Positions 7,751-17,742 of a stretch of 40,649 nucleotides of DNA are shown here, in pieces (within the stretch, counting starts at the first letter, position 1; each line of letters starts with the position of its first letter). The translations under genes and the position numbers were made by a program. This DNA comes from a virus (lineage: Duplodnaviria; Caudoviricetes), in IMG/VR virus record IMGVR_UViG_3300032243_001444, positions 1 to 40,649 of that record. The stretch is one strand, 5' to 3'. The notes beneath the pieces were generated by a model. It was not told where the DNA came from. It searched no databases and saw only the letters and a list, made by a program, of their open reading frames with translations.

Positions 7751-8338
7751 TCAGGATAGGATGCCTTTTTCTCGCAATACGGTTTGAATCTTTCTAGAGA
7801 TAATGTTCTTATCTTGACGACAATCAATTGTTGTGGAAATTGTAGGGTTATTTGAACCCCAACTAAAATAGCCTATACGAACTTTGTCTTGAAGATCTTT
7901 ATCAGCTTCATAAGAATCTTCTGCTTCACGAAGATAAGAAGTTCCATGAAGTATGATCGTATGATCAGGTTTTCTCAACCAATTAGCTAATTGTAACGTA
8001 AATTTTTCAGGAACCCCCTCTGCTCCCCCGTAGACGATGGTAGACAAACTCCATCTATCAAAGATAACAACATCATACATCCTCTCAATCCCAGGTAAGG
8101 AAAGGATTTGAAAAATCTTTCTATTAAGGAATTGGAAACACTGGAAGACTTTTGGAAATTTTTTTGCAAGGCCATTCTGAAGCATCCAATAAATGATACG
8201 ATAAGTTATTGCGGATCTAATTGGCACTTCAACTACGACCGCGCCTAATCCAGTCTTAGTAATATACTCCTGCAATAATCGTGTCTGCGTTTGCTTTCCT
8301 ACTCGATCAGGCCCTTCAATCACAACGATTTTTGACAT
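7751..8338 (-). CDS. tmk: Thymidylate kinase
   Basis: IVVIEGPDRVGKQTQ P-loop, DRWSLSTIVYG, PDHTIIL. ATG 8338 overlaps the upstream TGA. Confidence 0.88.
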   Translation of the reverse strand: MSKIVVIEGPDRVGKQTQTRLLQEYITKTGLGAVVVEVPIRSAITYRIIYWMLQNGLAKKFPKVFQCFQFLNRKIFQILSLPGIERMYDVVIFDRWSLSTIVYGGAEGVPEKFTLQLANWLRKPDHTIILHGTSYLREAEDSYEADKDLQDKVRIGYFSWGSNNPTISTTIDCRQDKNIISRKIQTVLREKGILS

Positions 8339-8880
8339 CACTTCTCCCAATATACTACTTCGCCACGACGATAGTACTTCAGATTTGCTTTGGCAGAATC
8401 ATTTGTAAAATGTTTGTCTTTAAAGAGAACAAAATTATTAGGTAATAAAGCAAACTGTCCATTCTCAAGTTCAATCATATTGAGAGGTTTATGCTCTGAT
8501 GGATATCTTGAATATCCATCATTCCAGTCAATTATTACACCTGTGTGGCGACCTTTTGTGTTGATAGGAAGTTGAACTTCACACTCTAAACCTTCAAGAT
8601 ATTTTGAAAAAAATACTTCTATGTCGTCACCCATTGAAGTCCATGGCATCAACTGCATGCGATCCCAAGAAAAAGAATTCTTTGTGGACATCGCATGTAG
8701 AGGCAGTCCGCTCCAGTGCGCTCCTGATTCTAAGAATACGTGACACATGAGTGTTTGATACTCTCGAGAATAGACGGCATGCCAAATTCCCGGAGTTGTT
8801 CCGGCTGGCATATTAGGTCCTAAGAACTTATTGTCTACATTGACGTAGATGTGAAACGGCAAATTTGTGTGTCTTCCCAT
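8338..8880 (-). CDS. Conserved phage hypothetical protein
   Basis: ESGAHWSGLPLHA...EHK...LENGQFALLPNN pattern. Start moved to ATG 8880, directly after the thyX stop. Confidence 0.72.
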   Translation of the reverse strand: MGRHTNLPFHIYVNVDNKFLGPNMPAGTTPGIWHAVYSREYQTLMCHVFLESGAHWSGLPLHAMSTKNSFSWDRMQLMPWTSMGDDIEVFFSKYLEGLECEVQLPINTKGRHTGVIIDWNDGYSRYPSEHKPLNMIELENGQFALLPNNFVLFKDKHFTNDSAKANLKYYRRGEVVYWEK

Positions 8881-8881
8881 A

Positions 8882-9538
8882 TCAATACGGCTTTCTTGTC
8901 TGACCATTGACCGTGAGACCAAATGCCTCAAGGGTCGCAGGGAAAGACCCTGTTTCTACCACAAGGTCCAGCATCTGTTTTGCGAGATTCTTAATCTCCA
9001 CCTGAGCATGCTCAGAATATCGTAGCCGAAGGAAGTGGACAAGGCTACGGAAGTTGAACATGACATCGGCTGTAATTTGGTTTCCATAAGGAAGATAAAG
9101 ACGTGCAGATTCCTTAGCACGCTTCCGACTCATCCCTTTTTGAACCAAACGTTCGAGGGTCGAGTGATACTTCTGTAGGCTAGCTTCCATGTGCTCAATA
9201 TAAAGTTCTTTCTCTTCTGCATCCCAATCCACGGGAACATGGTACTTATCTTCTTTGAGCTCTTTATACCTTGCAGATTCAGCATTGATAGAAACACCGA
9301 TACGATGTTTTAAGAGGTGAATGTGAGAAGCAATGTCTGTAGTCACAAGGAAATGAATAGAGGACTTTTCGAAAGGAGTTTCATGACCATTCTCTGCCAA
9401 CATCTTTAGAAGTTGCGGAATTCTACTCTTTTTGTCTTCCGTTAATTCACGAGAAGTTGAAGTCCATGCTGAAAGTGCATGAGACTCGTCTGACCCATAA
9501 AACCCAATTAACTCTACCTTATTTGGTTGCGGAGGCAT
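8882..9538 (-). CDS. thyX: FAD-dependent thymidylate synthase ThyX
   Basis: GHETPFE, LKHRIGVSINAESARY (RHRx7S variant), KESARLYLP, NFRSLVHFLRLR, HAQVEI. Confidence 0.95.
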   Translation of the reverse strand: MPPQPNKVELIGFYGSDESHALSAWTSTSRELTEDKKSRIPQLLKMLAENGHETPFEKSSIHFLVTTDIASHIHLLKHRIGVSINAESARYKELKEDKYHVPVDWDAEEKELYIEHMEASLQKYHSTLERLVQKGMSRKRAKESARLYLPYGNQITADVMFNFRSLVHFLRLRYSEHAQVEIKNLAKQMLDLVVETGSFPATLEAFGLTVNGQTRKPY

Positions 9539-9575
9539 GATGAGATATTACAACAAAAAAGTTAATTGAACACAC

Positions 9576-9914
9576 TCAAATAAACAAGAAACGCCTGACG
9601 TGTTGATCAACAACATCCTTTAATTCTTCTTTTATTTTTTTTAATTCTCTAATGTCTTCTTGCATGTGAGATAAAACTTGGTGCATTTTTATAATCTTGC
9701 GTCTCATTTCAGCTGCGCTAGAAGAAGTAGAATTGATGTGAAGCTTAAAATAGTGTTCTAATTTTTCTCTACAATAATCTGGAACTTTTTTAGGATCTAG
9801 ATTTATTGCATGTTTGCAGATCTCATCGATTGCGTATTGAGGAATTTCACGAGCATAATTCTCTCGTATAAGACGGCGAAGATCTTTAATTGTCAATTTT
9901 ACTGACTTTTTCAT
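9576..9914 (-). CDS. Phage protein with 'LRRLIRE' leader
   Basis: Starts MKKSVKLTIKDLRRLIRENY. ATACTTA at 9929-9935 upstream. Confidence 0.68.
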   Translation of the reverse strand: MKKSVKLTIKDLRRLIRENYAREIPQYAIDEICKHAINLDPKKVPDYCREKLEHYFKLHINSTSSSAAEMRRKIIKMHQVLSHMQEDIRELKKIKEELKDVVDQHVRRFLFI

Positions 9915-9927
9915 TTTTCTTACTTTA

Positions 9928-10938
9928 TTAAGTATAAAAACTTATAATTTGTTTCTTTTTTTCTTCCATGTCATCAGATTCCCATACTACGATGACAGTA
10001 TATCCAGCTTCTTCTAGTTTATTTTTTCTGAATAAATCTTGTTCACGCTTTTCTGATGCCGTGAATGATTGACCATATAATCTCACAATAAAATCTTCTG
10101 AATATTTTTTTGGATTTGCATGTGGATAATCACCGTAAATCTCGACTATTAACTTCTTCTCTTCATTTAACTCATCAACAAAATACTTCAAAACTCTTTG
10201 CTCAGAAATAAAGCCAAGCTCATCAAGATTCAATTCTTCTCTAATTTTTTGATGAAGTTTACTAAGTCTATTTTTTGAAGATAAGAAAAGTTTTTCTCTA
10301 AATTTTAAATCTTGATTTTTCTCTTTAAGCCATTTTGAACGGCGAGCTTTTTCTTCATCTGAAAAAACAATATCTGACATCTTATTACGATATTCATGAT
10401 CGTTTTCCCATTTTCTTTTTATTGCTTCGCTAATCTTTTTCCTTCCCTCTAAATTCATCTTCCACGTTTTTCCCGTATTAGATACAGAAATTTTTAATTT
10501 TACGGATTCTAAATTACAGATATTTCTTACGCCATATTTTTCTTGAACAACTTTTTTTATTATCTCCTGTGTAGAAGATAAAGAAAAACCAGCGTTTTTT
10601 CCAACGCATTTAAAAGAACAATACTTTCTTGGAGCACCTCTATCAAATTTTACGGGATTTTGGCACTCTTGACACTTTGGTTCACCATACTTTTGAATGT
10701 ACAATCTTTCTTTTACTTTAAATTTGTTGTGATTTAAAGCGTGTCTTAAAAAACTTCCTCTAGAAAAAACAGGAATTTCCTCGCAAAGCCCACATTCGCA
10801 TCGTGGAGGTACTCCACCATAATCAAATTTAATAGTGTAATCTCTTAATGAGACACCGTGGGATTCTTTTAGGTGATTCGTTAATTGCCCGCCTAAATTA
10901 TTAGAAAATTCAATTAAACAAATTTTGCAAGTTATCAT
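9928..10938 (-). CDS. Putative free-standing homing endonuclease (Zn fingers + Vsr/DUF559-like PD-(D/E)XK domain)
   Basis: CKIC...HLKESH, CECGLC, CQEC...YCSFKC, EKYGV; C-terminal YFVDE...LIVEIYGDYPH...GYTVIVVWESD. Very AT-rich and directly downstream of nrdJ. Confidence 0.75.
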   Translation of the reverse strand: MITCKICLIEFSNNLGGQLTNHLKESHGVSLRDYTIKFDYGGVPPRCECGLCEEIPVFSRGSFLRHALNHNKFKVKERLYIQKYGEPKCQECQNPVKFDRGAPRKYCSFKCVGKNAGFSLSSTQEIIKKVVQEKYGVRNICNLESVKLKISVSNTGKTWKMNLEGRKKISEAIKRKWENDHEYRNKMSDIVFSDEEKARRSKWLKEKNQDLKFREKLFLSSKNRLSKLHQKIREELNLDELGFISEQRVLKYFVDELNEEKKLIVEIYGDYPHANPKKYSEDFIVRLYGQSFTASEKREQDLFRKNKLEEAGYTVIVVWESDDMEEKKKQIISFYT

Positions 10939-10989
10939 GTAGATAACTATTCAGTAGGCTGCAAAACATGCTTAACATGTGAGTCGAGC

Positions 10990-13563
10990 TCAACATTTGC
11001 TCCATCCGCAACTAGAACACGTCACACATCCTTCTCTATAAATTAATCCTTCAACGCCACAAGAACCGCACGTCTTATCAGATTGAGACTTAGTTCCATC
11101 TGGGATATATGTTTTAAGAACCCGAGCGATTGCCTTAGAGAAAGACTGCAGTCCGCTATGCTTATCCTTTTGGAGTTGCTCAACAACATATTGAACGGGG
11201 ACTCCATGACGAAGAGCAAGAGACAGTGTCCGCGTCATTGCTCCATGATTTGGATTAGCAAAAAGTTCGACGACATCCTTAAACAGAAGGTGATCATCAT
11301 CGCCAACTGGAATTTGTAGATTATATGTCGCCACGCCATCCTTCTTTCCATTCTTGATCAGCGTTCCAGTCTTGGCCTTCTTTGGAACCTCGACATGTTG
11401 CGACAGACCACAGAAGATCTCGTATGGCATTCCTTCAAGCTTACCGACCAACACCAGGTAGCTCTCGTTGTCACCACCTGCCCTCACGTTAATTCTGTGA
11501 ATATCACAGGTTAATTCCTTGGGTCGCTTTGGTGCATGGCTTTCTACCATGGTCTCCGGTTGACCATCAAGGTTCGCCTTCTTCTCTTCAGGTTTCGTCT
11601 CGGCCACAAGGACACCGGTACGGCAACCATCACGGTAGATGGTGACACCCTTGCATCCAGTCTCCCAACCCTTCATGTAGATCTCCTTGACAACATCTAC
11701 GGAAGTTGAGTTAGGAATGTTTGTCGTATTGGAGATAGAGTGGCAGATCCACTTTTGGGCCGCGGCCTGGAGATCGACCTTGGCAACCCAATCGATCTCG
11801 TTGGCGGTTCCACCGTGGTATGGAGACTCAGCGACGTTCTCCTCGGTCTTGTGATTGACCTCCATCCACTTCTTGAATGCATGGTGATAGACCATGAACT
11901 CCTGCCACTTGTCGCCGAGTGGATCCACGAAGTCGACCTTTGCATTCGGATCATCACCGTTGATCTTCTTGCGGCGCTTGTAGAACAACATGAATGCCGG
12001 TTCGATACCGGACGTGGTCTGGGTAAGAACCGAGACTGATCCAGCAGGAGCCGTTGTCGTAAGGGCAATATTTCTACGGCCGAACTTCTTGTAATCAGCC
12101 ACTAGGTCTGGATTTGCCTCTAGGATCTGTTGAATGAAGAGATGATCTGCTTCAAGCTTGTGCGAGAATGCTGGGAATGAACCACGCTCTTCGGCCATTT
12201 TAATTGTCGACTTGTAGGCAGAGAGGGCCAATGCCTTGTAGAGAGACTCAGTCATCTCAGTGGACTTCTTAGAGCCATAGACGAATCCCATGGCTGCAAG
12301 TGTATCACCAAGTGCCGTGATACCAAGACCGGTACGACGACCACCTAGGGCAGCTGACTTGATCTTGTTCCAGAGGTTGAGCTCTGATTGCTTCACATCT
12401 TCTGGTTCTGGATCATTCTGAATCTTCGTGATGATCTTGTCCACTGCCTCGATCTCAAGGTCAATGAGATCATCCATGAGACGTTGGGCTTTGACAACAA
12501 CATCCTTCAGTCTTTCGTTATCATATGCAGCGGCAGATGTGAAAGGATTCTTTACGAACTTATAAAGGTTGACGAGCAACAGTCTACAAGAATCATAAGG
12601 ACTTAGGACGATCTCGCCGCAGGGATTTGTTGATGTAGAACGATAGTCTGGATATGCTTCCGTCGGGGTACGTTTCTTGACAGTGTCCCAGAAGAGAAGA
12701 CCTGGTTCCGCAGAGGCCCAAGCCGCTTCAATAATCTCATGCCATAGTTGCTTGGCATCCACCATCTCCTCGATCGAATGTTTTGCATCCTTCTCGACAG
12801 GGAATCGAAGTTGAACGTTTGTACCGTCCTTTACCGCCTGCATGAACTCGTCAGAGAGACGGATGGAGATGTTTGCACCGGTGACCTTCTTGAGGTCACG
12901 TTTGATGTTAATAAATGTTCGGATTTCAGGATGGTGAACATCAATCGTCAACATCAAAGCGCCGCGGCGACCACCCTGGGCCACCTCTCGGCAGGTGTTT
13001 GAGAACCTCTCCATGAAGACACCAATACCGTCAGTGGTACGAGCGGCATTGGCCGTGACGATACCCTTTGGACGGATAGTGGAGATATCGAATCCAACTC
13101 CGCCGCGGCGCTTCATGATCTGAGCCTGCTCCTGATCTGCCTTAAGGATACCTGCATAGGAATCGTAAGGAGACTGGATGACGAAGCAGTTTGAAAGAGA
13201 CTGGTACTGGAAATCATTTCCAATCGCAGACATCGGAGATCCTTGTGGAACCACTGCACCAAGACCACGAGATTCTGTGGCAAGTTCTTCAAGAGACATC
13301 TTTTCGCGCTGAGAAGCATCGATGTGATCGACATCCGCAAGAAGACAGAAGATCTCCTTCTCCGTCATTGGATTCGGATACTTTGCTTCGACCCTAGCAA
13401 ATTCATGAGCCAATCGACGATGCATGTCGGAAGGAGTTAATTCCAATAGGTCACCCTTTGGAGTCCTAAGAGCATACTTGTCAACGAAAACCGACGCAGC
13501 GAGTTCATCGCCATTAAAATACTTTAGTGATGCTTGATATGCTTGTTCGCGTGTATGTGACAT
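10990..13563 (-). CDS. nrdJ: Class II (adenosylcobalamin-dependent) ribonucleotide reductase
   Basis: SLSNCFV, RRGGVG, GGRRGALM, TNPCGEI, GRRTGLG, TTAPAGS, SISNTTN, GCKGVTIYRDGCR. C-terminal PKRP..L.C domain and CxxC-EGC-CxxCGWSKC tail. No nrdB nearby. Confidence 0.93.
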   Translation of the reverse strand: MSHTREQAYQASLKYFNGDELAASVFVDKYALRTPKGDLLELTPSDMHRRLAHEFARVEAKYPNPMTEKEIFCLLADVDHIDASQREKMSLEELATESRGLGAVVPQGSPMSAIGNDFQYQSLSNCFVIQSPYDSYAGILKADQEQAQIMKRRGGVGFDISTIRPKGIVTANAARTTDGIGVFMERFSNTCREVAQGGRRGALMLTIDVHHPEIRTFINIKRDLKKVTGANISIRLSDEFMQAVKDGTNVQLRFPVEKDAKHSIEEMVDAKQLWHEIIEAAWASAEPGLLFWDTVKKRTPTEAYPDYRSTSTNPCGEIVLSPYDSCRLLLVNLYKFVKNPFTSAAAYDNERLKDVVVKAQRLMDDLIDLEIEAVDKIITKIQNDPEPEDVKQSELNLWNKIKSAALGGRRTGLGITALGDTLAAMGFVYGSKKSTEMTESLYKALALSAYKSTIKMAEERGSFPAFSHKLEADHLFIQQILEANPDLVADYKKFGRRNIALTTTAPAGSVSVLTQTTSGIEPAFMLFYKRRKKINGDDPNAKVDFVDPLGDKWQEFMVYHHAFKKWMEVNHKTEENVAESPYHGGTANEIDWVAKVDLQAAAQKWICHSISNTTNIPNSTSVDVVKEIYMKGWETGCKGVTIYRDGCRTGVLVAETKPEEKKANLDGQPETMVESHAPKRPKELTCDIHRINVRAGGDNESYLVLVGKLEGMPYEIFCGLSQHVEVPKKAKTGTLIKNGKKDGVATYNLQIPVGDDDHLLFKDVVELFANPNHGAMTRTLSLALRHGVPVQYVVEQLQKDKHSGLQSFSKAIARVLKTYIPDGTKSQSDKTCGSCGVEGLIYREGCVTCSSCGWSKC

Positions 13564-13591
13564 ATTAAACTCTCAAAAGGTGGGAAAGTAA

Positions 13592-15022
13592 TTATATAAC
13601 GTTTGCTTCGACAGTATTTGGCTTTTGTACTGGGAACTCTCTTTTTAATTCTTGCCATTTGGCTCTAAGAGCTCGCTTTTGTGCTTCATCATCTGAAGCA
13701 ACAGCAGCTTCAGGAACGTCTGCCGCACCGACAATTTCAAAAGTGCTTCTTGCCGTATTGATCCTAGCTGGGAATATTAATCCATCGCGTCCGGCTCGGT
13801 TCTTCGCAACATAAAGTCGACCCCATCCCGTTGCTTTTTCGTGAGATCTTCTGGATACAGAAATAATAAAATCACAAATCATCGCTTTACCGTAAGCTTC
13901 AGACATGTTTGTCATGTCAATAACTTCAGCATTTGCACCTTCTTTATTAGATTGTGATGCAGTCCAGATTGGAATACTAAATTCCATTGCTAATCCACGT
14001 AACTCTTCATAAACAAGCTTTAATTCATGTCTCAAAGAATCAAATTGTCGTGTTGATCGCATAATATCGGCATAGTCGATGATTATGATATCAGGCTTAA
14101 ATCCCTTTAAATCCAAACGTTCAATATGAGAACGAATCGTAAAGATTGATGCAGTGTTAGTAGGATATTCTTTAATAAAGAGACGGCCTAACTTGTTGTT
14201 GTCATAAAACTTTTTAACTTCATCCTTACGATCCATAACCTCATTTGAATCCATGTCACAAAGGTTAGAATCATATCTGATACCTACAGCCGTTTCAGAC
14301 AGCTCAAAGGTATAATGAAGAACGTTCTTACCATGTCTCAAGGCGTTTGCGCCAATCATGGTTAGAAAGTGAGATTTACCTGAACCTGAACCACCGACGA
14401 CACATAGCAACTCTCCCTTACCAGAACCACCGTTGAGCAATTCTTTCTTATCCAGTTCAGGAATACCAGTTGGAATCGTGTCTCGCTTTAGACGGGTAAA
14501 CCGTGCATCCATCTCGTTGAAGAAATCATGGCCGACCGATGGAGCTGTTCCGACCTGGACTGCCTTCCTGATGGACTCGACGATGGATTCGTACTTGTCT
14601 GCCTGCATCTGATCGACGGCATTCTCAAGCGCTGCCTTGAGGGCCTGCTTACGGCAGAAATCAAGGGACTTATCCTTCACAAACTGCAGGTCCCCTGGGT
14701 CTGGGTTTGCCTTCATTCGCTGGAGGTAATCAATGATCTGATCTCGTAAGATCACATCTGTGCCGACCTTTAGATCTTCTCTAATGATAGTCACAAGAAG
14801 TTGAAGGGTCGGAAACACCTTGTACTTCTTTGAATATGAAAAATAACGATCTGCAAGAAACTGGAGGTATTTTAGTTCGAAGTAAGAAGAATCGAACACC
14901 TCCATCATCTGTTCTGCCCACTTTTGATCAGTGAGTAGAGCCTGTCCAATCTTTTCCTGGAATGACTTACCATAGGTACCAAAAGATACCTTGGTCATTG
15001 ATTTATTATCGTTATCTGACAT
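13592..15022 (-). CDS. dnaB: Replicative DnaB-like (gp41-type) DNA helicase
   Basis: Walker A GGSGSGKS, TFELSE, IIIDYAD, WTASQSN, KNRAG. Confidence 0.92.
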   Translation of the reverse strand: MSDNDNKSMTKVSFGTYGKSFQEKIGQALLTDQKWAEQMMEVFDSSYFELKYLQFLADRYFSYSKKYKVFPTLQLLVTIIREDLKVGTDVILRDQIIDYLQRMKANPDPGDLQFVKDKSLDFCRKQALKAALENAVDQMQADKYESIVESIRKAVQVGTAPSVGHDFFNEMDARFTRLKRDTIPTGIPELDKKELLNGGSGKGELLCVVGGSGSGKSHFLTMIGANALRHGKNVLHYTFELSETAVGIRYDSNLCDMDSNEVMDRKDEVKKFYDNNKLGRLFIKEYPTNTASIFTIRSHIERLDLKGFKPDIIIIDYADIMRSTRQFDSLRHELKLVYEELRGLAMEFSIPIWTASQSNKEGANAEVIDMTNMSEAYGKAMICDFIISVSRRSHEKATGWGRLYVAKNRAGRDGLIFPARINTARSTFEIVGAADVPEAAVASDDEAQKRALRAKWQELKREFPVQKPNTVEANVI

Positions 15023-15023
15023 T

Positions 15024-15995
15024 TCAATCTCCGGTCGCGTGATGAGTTGCAGTCACACATTTTAGATCGTAAAAGAATCCCTCGATGTCAAAGCCTTCAA
15101 TTCCTTCTTTGACTAACGTTCGAATTAACCCCATCCTATCTGTCTTGGGGTTAAATGTATCGATAACATATTGCACCTTAGAAACTTGATCAGCGGATAA
15201 CATGCTGCCGTCAAGATGAACCAACTTCCAGTTTCGCTTGATGTCGTCAACGCTGTCCATGATGCGGCGATAAATAATAGACTCGTCAACGTGAGCTTGA
15301 CAGTAATCGATAACTTCTTGTAGAATTACCATCTGGTCGCCACCCAGGATTGGAATTTTTGCTGCAACTTTTTTGAAACCGACACCCTTTACGCCAGGTA
15401 CGTTGTCTCCAGCGTCTCCACAGATCGCCTTGGCAATTGCGAAGTTATGGGTGCGAATCCTAAATTCATCAAAGATGTCTTCAGCCGTCACGATCTTCTT
15501 CTTGTGGAGGCTGTAGATCCGCGTCTTATCGTTGAGGAGTTGATACATGTCCTTGTCTGAGGACACTATGATCTTGTCTTGGTTCCTAAAGGGACCGTTA
15601 CAGAGGTGAGCGACGGTATCATCTCCCTCACAATCAGAGACATAGACCTGGCACACAGGAACAAACTTTAACATCCCAAGGAGGGATATCAACTGGTGTT
15701 TCTTGTTCTCTTCAGAATCAGGAATGTCATCACCATAGAACCGATTCAGCTTCTCGGCCTTACGACCAAGCTTATATTCTGAATATATTCTTCTGCGGCG
15801 TTGGGATCCACCACCTTCCCAGACGACATAGATTCCAGACGGTTGAATCTCTCTTGTGATTCGTTGCATGGATTTGAGGAATCCGATGCAGCCGCCCATC
15901 TGCTCACCATTTTTATTCATGGTGGGATAGGCGGCCCAACTTCGCAAAAAGAGATTTGCACCGTCAATTATTAGTATTGGATGTTCTTGACTCAA
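15024..15995 (-). CDS. 5'-3' exonuclease / flap endonuclease (T4 RNase H or Pol I N-domain-like)
   Basis: IIDGANLF, EYKLGR, EGDD, SSDKDMYQL, GDAGDNVPGVKGVG (H3TH). TTG start. Confidence 0.92.
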   Translation of the reverse strand: MSQEHPILIIDGANLFLRSWAAYPTMNKNGEQMGGCIGFLKSMQRITREIQPSGIYVVWEGGGSQRRRRIYSEYKLGRKAEKLNRFYGDDIPDSEENKKHQLISLLGMLKFVPVCQVYVSDCEGDDTVAHLCNGPFRNQDKIIVSSDKDMYQLLNDKTRIYSLHKKKIVTAEDIFDEFRIRTHNFAIAKAICGDAGDNVPGVKGVGFKKVAAKIPILGGDQMVILQEVIDYCQAHVDESIIYRRIMDSVDDIKRNWKLVHLDGSMLSADQVSKVQYVIDTFNPKTDRMGLIRTLVKEGIEGFDIEGFFYDLKCVTATHHATGD

Positions 15996-16005
15996 TGTTG
16001 CACCT

Positions 16006-16461
16006 TCAGACTCCAGTGCTACCTAATCCGCCTTCGCCCCTATCTGTTGAAGCTACCTCATCAACCCTTTGAAAGATTGCTTGAATAATTTGGAAAAATA
16101 CAAGTTGTGCAATCCTATCACCTTTTTTAACAATAAAGTCTTGATCACTAGAATTATAAAGAATGACCTTAATCTCTCCTCTGTAATCAAAATCTAAGAT
16201 TCCTGGTGCATTTAAAACTGTGATTCCTTTATTTGCAGCCAATCCTGACCTAGGACAAACTTGTGCAGCATAGCCTACAGGAATCTCTAACTTTAATCCT
16301 GTTCCAACGACGAACCTACGACGGGCAGGAATTACAACATTTTCTGCAGACCTGAGATCGCATCCGGCGGATCCTACCGTTTGATGTTCTGGAATTAAAG
16401 TAGGATCATCAGTTAACGTCTTAATCCAAATTGGGTTAATCAATCGGCTTTTATCATTCAT
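16006..16461 (-). CDS. dut: Trimeric dUTPase
   Basis: AGCDL, PRSGLA, GILDFDYRGEI, GDRIAQL, RGEGGLGSTG (all five motifs). Confidence 0.96.
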   Translation of the reverse strand: MNDKSRLINPIWIKTLTDDPTLIPEHQTVGSAGCDLRSAENVVIPARRRFVVGTGLKLEIPVGYAAQVCPRSGLAANKGITVLNAPGILDFDYRGEIKVILYNSSDQDFIVKKGDRIAQLVFFQIIQAIFQRVDEVASTDRGEGGLGSTGV

Positions 16462-17650
16462 CTCCCCCTCCATCATCTGTTACGTTGTCATCAACATCAG
16501 TTGGGTCCGCCGCTGGACCTGTCACTAAGGTCAATGCAGAATCAATTGCTTCCATCAACCATGGACCATGTTTATCATCGCGAAGCAAATCGCCGAACTC
16601 AGACTTGTAGAACTTCTTCTCCACAAGAACCTCGCCAGTTTTGTCGTCGACAACCGTAAGCTCTTTCCATGCACCTTCGCCTGAAACATTTATAGTCTTA
16701 CCTTTTCGTTTAACAGGACCATTTTCTTTGCAATGAGAACGAACTTCATCAAAAATATACTCATCTTCGACGATGCCTTTACCAAAGATAATATCAAACT
16801 CGCACTTGCGGAAAGGAGCAGCAACCTTGTTCTTCTTGATTGTTACCGTCGTGTGAATACCAATTGGATTTCCATTCTTGTCCTTGACTTGACTTCCAGA
16901 CCCTAAACGAATTCTAACGGATGAATGGAAAGGAATCGCGCGGCCACCAGGTGTAGTTGTTGGGTCACCATGCATTACGCCGATTGCATCTCTGATTTGA
17001 TTGATACAGAGAAGTGTAACGTTGTTCTGGCCAATCACACCAGTGATCTTGCGCATGCCTTTTGAAATTGCTCGAGCTTGAAGACCGATTGAATTCTGAT
17101 CATACTCACCATCCAACTCTGCCTTTGGAGAAGTTGCGGCGATTGAATCCCAAATAACCAAGATGGGAATGTTCTTATCAAGAACTTGCTTTGCCTTTGT
17201 AATAGTCGACTCGATAATTGAAAAAACTTCTTCTGTACAGTGAGAATCACAATATACAAACCTGCGTCGAATATCAACACCCATATCAGCTAGTTTTGAA
17301 ACAGGAGTTGCATTTTCCGTATCAATGTATACGACCAATCCACCCATACGTTGAACGACGCTAGCTGCATGATAGGCAAGGTGAGATTTTCCAGAAGAAG
17401 GAAGTCCTGCAATTTCAATGATTCGACCCTCAGGATATCCACCTCCAAGAGCATTCTTAATTGCATAATTTAGTTGAATAGATCCAGTATCAATCCAACG
17501 CTTAACAACAGTAGGAGCATCCATCTCGGAAAGATTGTAGGCAATCCGCGTTCCAAATTCCTTGTTGATAGATGAAATTAGATCTTTCATCATGTTATCA
17601 ACTTCATTTTTCTTTGCCGGTGTTGAAACTTCTTCTTTACTCTTTGCCAT
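16454..17650 (-). CDS. recA: RecA/UvsX recombinase
   Basis: DTGS..LN, GRIIEIAGLPSSGKS, YIDTE, WDSIAA, INQIR, TTPGGRAIPFHSSVRI, KKNKVAAPF. Start at ATG 17650. Confidence 0.95.
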   Translation of the reverse strand: MAKSKEEVSTPAKKNEVDNMMKDLISSINKEFGTRIAYNLSEMDAPTVVKRWIDTGSIQLNYAIKNALGGGYPEGRIIEIAGLPSSGKSHLAYHAASVVQRMGGLVVYIDTENATPVSKLADMGVDIRRRFVYCDSHCTEEVFSIIESTITKAKQVLDKNIPILVIWDSIAATSPKAELDGEYDQNSIGLQARAISKGMRKITGVIGQNNVTLLCINQIRDAIGVMHGDPTTTPGGRAIPFHSSVRIRLGSGSQVKDKNGNPIGIHTTVTIKKNKVAAPFRKCEFDIIFGKGIVEDEYIFDEVRSHCKENGPVKRKGKTINVSGEGAWKELTVVDDKTGEVLVEKKFYKSEFGDLLRDDKHGPWLMEAIDSALTLVTGPAADPTDVDDNVTDDGGGDE

Positions 17651-17688
17651 ATGTTCTTTTATTATCTCCTTAAGCATGCAGATAGTAC

Positions 17689-17721
17689 AAACGCCGAAGA
17701 CCTATTTGATCCTCGGCGTTT
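17689..17721 (-). terminator. Putative terminator after ssb
   Basis: Stem AAACGCCGA (17689-17697) / TCGGCGTTT (17713-17721). Confidence 0.6.
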
Positions 17722-17742
17722 TATGACTAAATCAATTCACGA

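Noticed and set aside
11697-12068. 123-aa Arg/Ser-rich same-strand alternative-frame ORF in nrdJ
   Set aside because: It is explained by the local GC-rich codon patch; the composition is typical of off-frame reading.
10990-17650. Inteins or group I introns in nrdJ, helicase or recA
   Set aside because: Lengths are normal, motifs are contiguous and no splicing motifs are visible.
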